From: an uncultured virus (IMG/VR IMGVR_UViG_3300034082_002096)
Lineage: Duplodnaviria; Heunggongvirae; Uroviricota; Caudoviricetes
Direction: 5' to 3' (one strand)
Length of the DNA stretch: 64,000 nt
Virus record (IMG/VR): IMGVR_UViG_3300034082_002096
Shown: piece by piece, positions 9,279 through 17,334 of the stretch
How positions within the stretch are numbered: position 1 is the stretch's first letter
How the letters are laid out: the number at the start of each line of letters is the position of its first letter
Notes under the pieces: generated by a model
Databases searched by the model: none
The model's input: only the letters and a program-made list of their open reading frames with translations
What the model was told of the DNA's origin: nothing
Translations under genes and position numbers: made by a program

Positions 9279-9767
9279 TTATATAGTTTCAGTATTATAA
9301 AATCTACCATGAGCAACTTGGTCTGCACCATACGAACTAGCCCATGATTCTGGTTTCATCTTTGGTGTCACACCTGTAACTCCCAAAACATATCCTGCTG
9401 CTTGTATAGCAACACAATTTGAACCATGTTTTGGATCGGTATTTACGTCTAGGTGAATTTCGACTTCATATTCATCAATGAATGGAATAAGTTGTGTGTA
9501 TAATTCACATACTTTTATAACTTCGTTCATTAATCGAATATTTGGTCTGTTTTTCTTTACATCAAAGTCTGGTTCTACTGATATATTTGAAAATACTCTG
9601 CATCCTTTGTTTCCATTCATATGAACAATTGCAACGGTTGCGAATCTTGCTTTTTTTTGACCATTTCGAATAAAACGAACGGAGTCACACCCTAGATAAA
9701 TCTTAGTCGATTTATCTAATGTAGATAATAGTTCTACTATATCTTCAATTTGCTTTTGGGTAAACAT
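9279..9767 (-). CDS. RNase H-like YkuK family protein
   Basis: IYLGCDS, RLMNEV, EIHLDVN, KPESWASSYGAD. Confidence 0.85.
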   Translation of the reverse strand: MFTQKQIEDIVELLSTLDKSTKIYLGCDSVRFIRNGQKKARFATVAIVHMNGNKGCRVFSNISVEPDFDVKKNRPNIRLMNEVIKVCELYTQLIPFIDEYEVEIHLDVNTDPKHGSNCVAIQAAGYVLGVTGVTPKMKPESWASSYGADQVAHGRFYNTETI

Positions 9768-9781
9768 TTTATTCTCCGTTT

Positions 9782-10162
9782 TTATTTTTGTGGTAGTCTC
9801 ACAATTATATTGTGTTTTTTATTTAATTCTCTGACAATATGAACTCCATACAATTTGTCATTTTTTGAAAATACATCTGGGGATATATAGTAGTGTATAG
9901 AACTTTCATCTAATATTGATTCTTCTAAATTAGAATTTGTCAAATACCATTCTGCCATAAAAGGCATAGAAACAAATGTAAGAATACTTGCGTTTAAATC
10001 ACGCAATACAAATCCAGAGTAAAGTTTATTTTCACCATAAGTAACAAATGAATATATCCTAGTAGATTTATTTGATATAGAAATATGTTTTGAAATAAAA
10101 CTAGTTTTTATTTTCAATAGGTAATTTGCTTTAATATGGTTTGGTAATTCTATTTTTTCCAT
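9782..10162 (-). CDS. hypothetical protein
   Basis: ORF with a TATAAATA late promoter at 10169-10176. Confidence 0.55.
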   Translation of the reverse strand: MEKIELPNHIKANYLLKIKTSFISKHISISNKSTRIYSFVTYGENKLYSGFVLRDLNASILTFVSMPFMAEWYLTNSNLEESILDESSIHYYISPDVFSKNDKLYGVHIVRELNKKHNIIVRLPQK

Positions 10163-10420
10163 CTATAATATTTATAGATGGAAAAGAATTAACTATTTAA
10201 AATTTTATAATGTGCTTGAACGAATTTTAATATACTACAAGAGGAACGGGTGATCAAATCCGCCTCTTGTAGCATTTAATAATATAGTTTTATAATAAAT
10301 TTAATATATTGATTACTTTTTAATATGATTAATAATATACATATACAACACTTTAGGAAGTAATCAGCCCTTCAAATGCTCATTTAAAGTGAGAGCATAA
10401 CACTCAGTTAAGTATGCATT

Positions 10421-10894
10421 TTATATTTCAAAAAATGGTCCACTTAATAAGTTAAGTGTTTTTTCTGCATAAAGATTAGAATTAACACTTTTAATTATTT
10501 CTTTAGTCAAATGCCTAGCACGAGAAATTCCACCACTAAAGAACAAATGAGTTTCTACTGGATTATCTCCATGTACTCTCATGATCGCAAGCATTCTATT
10601 TCTACCTTCATGCCCAGTTACCGTGGCTGGTGTTGAAGGGTCATTTTCACTCCATTCCATGGGAGTTTTTATATTTAAAAATGGTGAGCCAATTTTGCCA
10701 GAGTTTTTTAAATGATTTGCTATATCAGTTGCAGAGGTTTCAGTATTAAGAGTTGCAGCAAGTGATAAAAAAACAGAAGGTTTCATCTTCACTTTTAGTC
10801 CCATATAATGAATATTCTGATTAAATGGGACTGATCCCCACCCATTTACATTATCTATAAAAGAATCTTGCTCAAATAAATCAATATATCTCAT
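10421..10894 (-). CDS. ParB/Srx-like domain protein, probably virion-packaged
   Basis: GHEGRNRM (GxxR) motif; N-terminus MRYIDLFE; ATAAATA upstream. Confidence 0.6.
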   Translation of the reverse strand: MRYIDLFEQDSFIDNVNGWGSVPFNQNIHYMGLKVKMKPSVFLSLAATLNTETSATDIANHLKNSGKIGSPFLNIKTPMEWSENDPSTPATVTGHEGRNRMLAIMRVHGDNPVETHLFFSGGISRARHLTKEIIKSVNSNLYAEKTLNLLSGPFFEI

Positions 10895-10921
10895 AATAAC
10901 ATCCTTAATTAAAGGTATTTA

Positions 10922-11197
10922 TTATATATTTCTACTATCTGTTATTGCTCTGTTCTTATTAGATACCGTTGTTTTTTTATCAGTATCTAATTGAAACTTG
11001 CGGCCACATTCGTTGCATTGTCTAGATTGTATCATATATGATATTTCACGTTGTTGGACTCTATTTGGAGTATGTTTTTCTGTTTTAACATCATTTATAA
11101 TTTGAAACTTTTCTTTACATCCATTATAATTGCAAGTTACTTGCAATGTTATTGGGTCAACAAAACGAATATCGTTCTTTATATTAGCCTTTGGCAT
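10922..11197 (-). CDS. zinc-ribbon protein
   Basis: CNYNGC...CNECG. Confidence 0.55.
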   Translation of the reverse strand: MPKANIKNDIRFVDPITLQVTCNYNGCKEKFQIINDVKTEKHTPNRVQQREISYMIQSRQCNECGRKFQLDTDKKTTVSNKNRAITDSRNI

Positions 11198-11314
11198 TTT
11201 ATTATTCCTTACTGTAATCTTGGACAGTTGAACCCGCTGTCTTGTTTCAACTTTTCCATCTAAATATGGTTGCGAGAAAATCCCATCCTTGCGGTCTAGG
11301 CTGTCCAAGATAAT

Positions 11315-11390
11315 TGGTCAGTGTGAGAGGACTCAAACCTCCGGTCTATGGTTCCCAAAACCATCGCTTTATCACCTAAGCTACACACTG
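11315..11390 (-). tRNA. tRNA-Pro(TGG)
   Basis: Anticodon arm ATGGT-TT TGG GA-ACCAT; variant T-loop TTTGAGT; CCA. Confidence 0.85.
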
Positions 11391-11426
11391 TTTATCCAGT
11401 TATTTATATAACTATTAGTTAAATTT

Positions 11427-11500
11427 TGGAGCGGGTAGAGAGAATCGAACTCTCGTCATTAGCTTGGAAGGCTAAGGTCTTACCATTACACAATACCCGC
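11427..11500 (-). tRNA. tRNA-Gly(TCC)
   Basis: GCGGGTA acceptor; anticodon arm TTAGC-CT TCC AA-GCTAA; TCCA end. Confidence 0.9.
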
Positions 11501-11524
11501 GTATTGTTATTTATGTATTTATGT

Positions 11525-11614
11525 TGGTTGCTGGCGGGGGATTCGAACCCCACTTCAATAATTCAATAGCCTGCCCGACCTTCAAAGAATTACTAGCACC
11601 TTGCCGTGCCAACA
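11525..11614 (-). ncRNA. tRNA-like RNA with a 22-nt loop in place of the anticodon loop
   Basis: Acceptor TGTTGGC/GCCAGCA-A-CCA; T-arm GGGG-TTCGAAT-CCCC; stem TAATTC/GAATTA enclosing TTTGAAGGTCGGGCAGGCTATT. Confidence 0.75.
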
Positions 11615-11681
11615 TAAGTATTTACTGGAATTTAGTGGTATAGGCACTATCAAATTCCGAATGCTTTCCTATACTGCAACA

Positions 11682-11789
11682 TCAAGGATGGGGTTGATTA
11701 CCCATTGTGATTAATAACCGATTCTGATTTCCAGACTTTGGTAACGGCTACATTAATATCCACATGTGTCCTAATCCACATCGCCTTGA
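11682..11789 (-). ncRNA. cloverleaf-like structured RNA
   Basis: Closing stem TCAAGG/CCTTGA; side hairpins ATGTG/CACAT and ATGGG/CCCAT; long central arm. Confidence 0.5.
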
Positions 11790-11799
11790 ATCTACTATA

Positions 11800-12351
11800 T
11801 CACATTGATGTATGTGTGTCAAGCACCCATTTATCAAATTCTTCGTGAGGTATTGCTTCTTTAATAAGTGAAACTTGTTGAGGTTTTCCTTTTTTCTTAT
11901 AAACTGATCCTGACCTTAGTTTATAAGAACCCAACATTATTCTTGCTTTATCTAATGCAAGTCTTTGATTATGTTTTCGGTTACAATATAAAGAATATGC
12001 TTTTTTATCGTTTGTTAAGGTGGCTATTATATAATCTATACCTTTGTTGTAATAATACTTTTCAACGGTATCAAATCTACGACCTTTTAAAAACGCATTT
12101 AGCATATTGTATGCTCTTGCTTCTGTTTTTTGTTTTGCTAGCTTACTTTGCAAATACCATGCAGCACCAGTATACAAATGCCCCCATTTAACTAATATAT
12201 CATTTGTCATTGTATCCGCAATGTTCTTAGTATCCCCATAATGGGTTATATAATAATTTCCACGTCTAGCAGAAGATTTTCGTTCTTCTTTATTTTCTTT
12301 TATTTCAGCAGCAAGTTGTATATTATTGTATTTTAATTGTAGTTTATCCAT
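11800..12351 (-). CDS. hypothetical basic protein
   Basis: Start MDKLQL after a GGAG RBS. Confidence 0.7.
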   Translation of the reverse strand: MDKLQLKYNNIQLAAEIKENKEERKSSARRGNYYITHYGDTKNIADTMTNDILVKWGHLYTGAAWYLQSKLAKQKTEARAYNMLNAFLKGRRFDTVEKYYYNKGIDYIIATLTNDKKAYSLYCNRKHNQRLALDKARIMLGSYKLRSGSVYKKKGKPQQVSLIKEAIPHEEFDKWVLDTHTSM

Positions 12352-12457
12352 TTTGTTTCTCCATTTATGTGATAAAATCTTATAAAGTATATTAATTATA
12401 AAATCTATTACAGGAGGATAACGACTTCTATGACTCTTAAACGCTATTACTGGCATG

Positions 12458-12721
12458 TTATATTACTTCTATAATAGGAGAAATAATAGCAGTATTTGAT
12501 TCATCAATCTTGAGGTTACACTTTTTAATCTTAATGGCACCTTTTGTGCTTGGATTATCTGGTGTTTCTTTAGTTGACCAACCGACTTGACAATCTACGT
12601 GATTAACGTAATACGATTGTCCTTTTGCTTTAACTATCCACATTGGAATAGCGGAATCTTCTAGATGTTTTTTATTAAAATGAAAAACTATCTCCGAACA
12701 ATTTAAATCAATCTATGACAT
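12458..12721 (-). CDS. hypothetical protein with in-frame TAG at codon 3
   Basis: AGGA RBS then ATG TCA TAG ATT GAT..., in frame with IVFHFNKKHLEDSAIPMWIVKAKG. Confidence 0.7.
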
Positions 12722-12901
12722 TTTTATTTTCCTTTTGTTAAATGTTATATGCAGAGCAGTTTCACAACGTTTGTCTATACTCAGGTTGAAGTTAGTTTTG
12801 CGACCAGTATATTTCGCCTGTTTTAACTTAGGTCGTTTAATACTATCTTGACTAATTTCTTATCTAGAATCAATTAGTTGCTCAGAGGATAATATAAAAG
12901 A

Positions 12902-12978
12902 TGGTGGTCTAGGTGGGACTCGAACCCACGATCAATGATGTTAGGGCACCATCGCATTAGCCGCTATGCTACAAGACC
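12902..12978 (-). tRNA. tRNA with abnormal anticodon loop (CCT or CTA; identity unresolved)
   Basis: Normal D-arm, T-arm and CCA; anticodon arm ATGGT-GCCCTAAC-ATCAT (8-nt loop). Confidence 0.7.
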
Positions 12979-13082
12979 GTAATTATAACACCACATTATG
13001 TGGTGGCTAGGTGTGCATATCTTTTCAGACAGTGGGACTTACCTAGACTTATATCGTGAGAACTAGTCTGACGATATTTAAA

Positions 13083-13313
13083 TTACTGATCATTTAAATA
13101 ATTATTAATAAACTGCAATTTAAATTCTTCTATTTCAAAAGAAATAGTATGTTCGTAGTTACTAGTGTAGCGAGTAAACTGCCATTGATGTTGTTTTAGG
13201 TTTTTTTTGCACCATGCTTTGGCTAGATAATCATTATCTTCATTTATTTCTACATGATTATTACATGATTTTAACCATTTAAATTTATATTCGTATATTT
13301 CTAGAGGAGTCAT
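13083..13313 (-). CDS. hypothetical protein (paralog of 1759..2106)
   Basis: MTPLEIYEYK...; start refined to avoid tRNA-Leu. Confidence 0.75.
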   Translation of the reverse strand: MTPLEIYEYKFKWLKSCNNHVEINEDNDYLAKAWCKKNLKQHQWQFTRYTSNYEHTISFEIEEFKLQFINNYLNDQ

Positions 13314-13335
13314 TTTATAATATCTATCTAATTTT

Positions 13336-13420
13336 TGGTGCCCCATGAGGGACTTGAACCCCCACACCTTTCGGCAACGAAGTTTGAGTTCGCCATGTCT
13401 GCCTGTTCCACCAATGGGGC
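13336..13420 (-). tRNA. tRNA-Leu(CAA)
   Basis: Anticodon arm GCGAA-CT CAA AC-TTCGT; variable arm; CCA. Confidence 0.9.
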
Positions 13421-13428
13421 ATCTTATA

Positions 13429-13614
13429 TTATTTCTCCATAGAAACAATATCTGTAATTGTTTTTACCAAATCATCTACACTGGTTATTACTACTTTTGA
13501 ATTTATCCAATCATCTTCGTCTGTTCTTCCAGAATAGTTAAGAACAAAACCATTATCTGCAATTTCTACATTGAAATCATTAACTTCTTTAATAATCTTT
13601 GCTTTTTTAGTCAT
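13429..13614 (-). CDS. hypothetical protein
   Basis: ORF between tRNAs; ADNGF motif. Confidence 0.65.
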   Translation of the reverse strand: MTKKAKIIKEVNDFNVEIADNGFVLNYSGRTDEDDWINSKVVITSVDDLVKTITDIVSMEK

Positions 13615-13634
13615 TTTATGTTTCCTGTATTATT

Positions 13635-13711
13635 TGGTAGGGGTAGAGGGACTCGAACCCACAAAACTCTTGGGCCTAAACCAAGCGACTTTACCATTTG
13701 CCCATACCCCC
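13635..13711 (-). tRNA. tRNA-Leu(TAG), short variable arm
   Basis: Anticodon arm CTTGG-TT TAG GC-CCAAG; CCA. Confidence 0.8.
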
Positions 13712-13715
13712 AAAG

Positions 13716-14150
13716 TTATTCTATTATCGTAAGCTTTATATTTGCTTCACTTAGCATTATTCTTGCTGCTTCAAAACTTTTACTAAATCGTTCTGCAAAC
13801 GCATCAGTTGGTTTTCGTGTTACTACATGTGATATTCCATTTTGGATTAAACTTCCAGTGCAAGTAGAGCATGGATGATGTGTAACATATGCAGTGTATC
13901 CAGTCAATGATTCTTTAGCAAAGTCGATAGCATTTTCTTCTGCATGTTTGACCATTAAGTATTTCAATTCACGATCATTATATCTTTCTTCGCTGTCATC
14001 AACATTGCGAGGAAATCCATTATATCCAACAGAAACAATAGTTTTATCTGGTCTAACAATAACACAACCAACTTTTGTGCTAGGGTCTTTTGACCATAAT
14101 GAAATATTATCAGCTAGTTCTAAAAATCGTTTATTCCATTTATCGTTCAT
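13716..14150 (-). CDS. dCMP deaminase
   Basis: SKDPSTKVG, GYNGFP, HAEEN and PCSTC motifs. Confidence 0.93.
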   Translation of the reverse strand: MNDKWNKRFLELADNISLWSKDPSTKVGCVIVRPDKTIVSVGYNGFPRNVDDSEERYNDRELKYLMVKHAEENAIDFAKESLTGYTAYVTHHPCSTCTGSLIQNGISHVVTRKPTDAFAERFSKSFEAARIMLSEANIKLTIIE

Positions 14151-14169
14151 TGTATCAATCTTTTTGTTA

Positions 14170-14243
14170 TGGTAGGGAATGACAGGATCGAACTGCCGTA
14201 TGATGCGTGTAAAGCACCTGTTCTACCATTGAACTAATCCCCC
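14170..14243 (-). tRNA. tRNA-Val(TAC)
   Basis: Anticodon arm GGTGC-TT TAC AC-GCATC; CCA. Confidence 0.9.
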
Positions 14244-14247
14244 ATTA

Positions 14248-15030
14248 TTACTTATGTTCGTAATCTATAATTGCAGTTACTAGTTTTTGCATATCACATG
14301 CATAAAATCCAGCACAATTCATAGTATTTAATTCTATAACTTTATAGCCATCATCTGTTAATGCAACATCTATAACATATGGTTGTTCAATATTTTTGTT
14401 CAACATATCAACAAATGTTTGTGCAATGTCTATATTTTGATCAGTTTCGCCATATACTACTCGTTTGCCAAGTTTATATTGTGATCCAGTTACTACTTTG
14501 CCATCGACAACGAAATATCTGTATTCATTATATATTTTTTTCAAACTGGCACACATTACTTCAGTATTTTCAGTTAATGTGGTTCCATTATCAAACAATT
14601 TAAGATTAATAATACGATGTTGCCATTCTTTTAGCTGATTTATAGACTTAATCATTCCTGCAAATTCTTTGCCATCGTGATTAGGACGAATAAAAAATTC
14701 TTCTGAATTAGGAACAATATCACCAAATTTACCGAAAATAGCATCATGATTTAATACATGATCGCCTAATGCGTCAATTAATGAAGTATAAGGAAACCAT
14801 TCAATATCATATACACCGGGATTCCATCCTTTACGAATTGCTAATTTACGCATAGAATATGCACCAAAACATATTACTTTGTTATCAGCAATGTCAACAT
14901 CAGGAATAATTTCTCCTACAAATGGAACAACTTTTACCAGATCAAATGTTTGATCAAACTTTTTAATATTTTCGATCAATGATACAAATTTATCTTCATT
15001 TCCGATATTTTCTTGTATTAGCCAATGCAT
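14248..15030 (-). CDS. ATP-grasp protein (DUF4343/R2K-like)
   Basis: FIRP...K.F.G, EYRYFVV, YVIDVA and VIELN...AGFY motifs. Confidence 0.85.
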   Translation of the reverse strand: MHWLIQENIGNEDKFVSLIENIKKFDQTFDLVKVVPFVGEIIPDVDIADNKVICFGAYSMRKLAIRKGWNPGVYDIEWFPYTSLIDALGDHVLNHDAIFGKFGDIVPNSEEFFIRPNHDGKEFAGMIKSINQLKEWQHRIINLKLFDNGTTLTENTEVMCASLKKIYNEYRYFVVDGKVVTGSQYKLGKRVVYGETDQNIDIAQTFVDMLNKNIEQPYVIDVALTDDGYKVIELNTMNCAGFYACDMQKLVTAIIDYEHK

Positions 15031-15051
15031 ATTATTTCCTTTTTAAATTTT

Positions 15052-15167
15052 ACTGGAACATATTTTTGACGGTTGTTCTACCACTGAACTACATCTATCA
15101 TGTGTGATAAATGGTAGGATTCGAACCTACGACCCACTGTTTGTTTAAAAAATGCTGTAATGTTCCA
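15052..15167 (-). ncRNA. stem-closed RNA carrying a circularly permuted tRNA elbow (Y-RNA-like)
   Basis: TGGAACAT-TACAGCA, then T-arm GTAGG-TTCGAAT-CCTAC, looped acceptor CATTTATCA-CACA-TGATAGATG, D-arm GTTC-AGTGGTA-GAAC, then ATGTTCCA-GT. Confidence 0.85.
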
Positions 15168-15178
15168 AATTGATATAT

Positions 15179-15270
15179 TGGCGGAAGAGGTGGGATTTGA
15201 ACCCACGGGAGGCTTTCACCTCCGTCCGCTTTCAAGGCGGATGCAATCAGCCAGACTCTGCCACCCTTCC
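15179..15270 (-). tRNA. tRNA-Ser(TGA)
   Basis: Anticodon arm TCCGC-CT TGA AA-GCGGA; long variable arm; GCCA end. Confidence 0.92.
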
Positions 15271-15278
15271 ATATTGTT

Positions 15279-15611
15279 TTACTTTTTCCAAAGCGAAGCT
15301 AAGTTTTTTTCTAGTAAAACATTATTAATGTTTATATCTTCACATACAATTTCTGCAAGCCATCTACCAAAAGAATCAGATTTTCTAGTTTCAATAATAA
15401 CTTCTTTATTTAACAAAGTATTTCTTAGATATTCTTTTGCTTCAATAGCAAGTTTTCTTTTTTCTAGATTGGTATCGTGCATTTCTTCTGTGTCAATTCT
15501 ATTAAGTCTTAACCTTTGAGTAGTATGGATTTTAAATCCCATATCTATTATTGCATCAACCGTATCACCATCTATTACATTTATTATAGTTGCTTTGTAT
15601 GTATACATCAT
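15279..15611 (-). CDS. thermonuclease (SNase family)
   Basis: VIDGDT, RLNRIDTEE and DSFGRWLA motifs. Confidence 0.9.
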   Translation of the reverse strand: MMYTYKATIINVIDGDTVDAIIDMGFKIHTTQRLRLNRIDTEEMHDTNLEKRKLAIEAKEYLRNTLLNKEVIIETRKSDSFGRWLAEIVCEDININNVLLEKNLASLWKK

Positions 15612-15988
15612 AATATTCCTTTATGATGTATTTATTACATTAAATTTGTATATTATCCAAATTCAAAATGCTTACCAACTGTCATCCATGTTTGCATAGC
15701 GGATGCTGTCATTTGCACTAATGATTTTTCATCAGTAGTTTCAAGAATTACTGGATTGGTATTTTCTTGTAACATCAATTCTTTGTATGACTCTAAGTCA
15801 GTATTATATATCCATCCACGCATTATGCTTTCCTTATGTCGTTAGCTGATTTGCCTTTTAATTTTTTCTTCATTTTATAAGGCCATTCGCCTTCTGGATA
15901 CCAATGTCTGAAGTTGTATATTGCACCAGAAAGAGAAAGGCTTATTGAGTATCCTTGCTTTCTTAAAAATATATACCATTTGATCATA

Positions 15989-16162
15989 CTATTTTCCAGT
16001 TAATGTATCTGCCATATTATGATTAACATCAGCATGGCCTTGTTCGTCATTTCTTACACAAACTATTACATCACGAAGAGTTGCATTGTTATCTAACTTA
16101 TAATAGTCAATTGCTATTTGTGGTGCAGATACATTTTCTACTCTTCCCGAGTCTATTTCTGT
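15989..16162 (-). pseudogene. C-terminal remnant of alternative oxidase (AOX)
   Basis: TEIDSGRVENVSAPQIAIDYYKLDNNATLRDVIVCVRNDEQGHADVNH...; in-frame TAA immediately upstream and no N-terminal part. Confidence 0.8.
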
Positions 16163-16235
16163 TTAGACTGGGCTGTTTGCAGCTTTGACCTATCACTAGG
16201 GCCACCCTCACAAGGGGTGATTATATCCAGTCTAA
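16163..16235 (-). ncRNA. four-way-junction structured element
   Basis: TTAGACTGG/CCAGTCTAA closing stem with hairpins CACCC/GGGTG, CCTA-GTGA-TAGG and GCTG-CAAA-CAGC. Confidence 0.55.
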
Positions 16236-16238
16236 TTT

Positions 16239-16315
16239 TGGTTGCGGGGGAAGGATTTGAACCTTCGACCTCTTGGTTATGAGCCAAGCGAGCTACCGGA
16301 CTGCTCTACCCCGCA
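16239..16315 (-). tRNA. tRNA-Met(CAT), initiator-like
   Basis: GCGGGGTAGAGCAGTCCGGTAGCTCG...TTCAAATCC..CCCCGCAACCA resembles tRNA-fMet. Confidence 0.88.
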
Positions 16316-16502
16316 AAAATTCTGCTTTCAACTGCATACATATTTACTAACCCAGTTGCACCTGTGCTTTCTATACCTGTAAGGCACTAAAACTTCCATA
16401 CCCATTCGAAGAGGTGCTTAGTGTGTATGCATGTAAAAACAGAATAATTATTATTCTGTTTTTATCGTTCATTATCGGGTTTCCCCTAGAACACATAATA
16501 AA

Positions 16503-16515
16503 TTTTCAAAGAGCA
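16503..16515 (-). promoter_or_regulatory. boxA-like site
   Basis: TGCTCTTTGAAAA just downstream of the promoter at 16532-16560. Confidence 0.7.
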
Positions 16516-16531
16516 ATTAGTTAATATAGTC

Positions 16532-16560
16532 AGTATAGATGATTCGAATGTGGTTGTCAA
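16532..16560 (-). promoter_or_regulatory. sigma70 promoter with CGAATC in the spacer
   Basis: TTGACA-ACCACATT-CGAATC-ATC-TATACT. Confidence 0.8.
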
Positions 16561-16635
16561 GTAGTATTTACCACAGATCAATTATTTTATGTCCATTGAT
16601 CATAGTTAGTGTTTTGTTAAATTGAAGTATAGTAT

Positions 16636-16923
16636 TTATACTATTTTAGTTAATATATAATCAGGATTTTCTCCAGTCATAATATCATGGTATAAAGATG
16701 TTTCATCCAATTGTAGACCATTTAGCCAGAAATAATAATCTAGTTCATATGCAAAGTCCATTTCATTTGCACCCGGTGCATCTGAAAATCCTTCCATGTC
16801 CCATAACATAGCATCTTTCATAGAAAGATCATATTCATTCATCATTGAAATTATTCTGGTAGCAAACGTAAAACGATTATTAATAGTATTCATGGGAGTA
16901 AGCAACGATTTAATGATATTCAT
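16636..16923 (-). CDS. hypothetical protein
   Basis: 95-aa ORF on the coding strand. Confidence 0.6.
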   Translation of the reverse strand: MNIIKSLLTPMNTINNRFTFATRIISMMNEYDLSMKDAMLWDMEGFSDAPGANEMDFAYELDYYFWLNGLQLDETSLYHDIMTGENPDYILTKIV

Positions 16924-16984
16924 ATATTATTCTCTATATAATAGGGGTTATACACTATTATATAACCCCCTATGTTATTTTTAA

Positions 16985-17251
16985 TTATGAAGAAATTCCG
17001 CTATTTTTTGGTAGCTGTTTCCAAATGTCACGTGCGTTTACCCGAATGAAAGGCTTGTTGGTTTCATTCTTGTTTGGATTTTCAATAGTCACAACTACAT
17101 TTTTTCCAGCACGAAATGCTTTAAGCTGATTAATAGGTCGTTCTGAACTTTGCATATAGTCAAGACGCATTGCATTGCGAATCTTGGGGTTTACGTTTGA
17201 GTTTATACCCGACGAAACGTAACCACTAGATTTTCCACCTTTTTTAGCCAT
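16985..17251 (-). CDS. basic hypothetical protein
   Basis: GKNVVVTIENPN..ETNKPFIRV; GGAG RBS. Confidence 0.75.
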   Translation of the reverse strand: MAKKGGKSSGYVSSGINSNVNPKIRNAMRLDYMQSSERPINQLKAFRAGKNVVVTIENPNKNETNKPFIRVNARDIWKQLPKNSGISS

Positions 17252-17334
17252 TGTAAGTTCTCCTTGGTTTTGCTTATGTTATAAGCGGTTGATGATTAAT
17301 AGTATCGTAGGTTCAATGTGTTGTCAAGTGTCAT

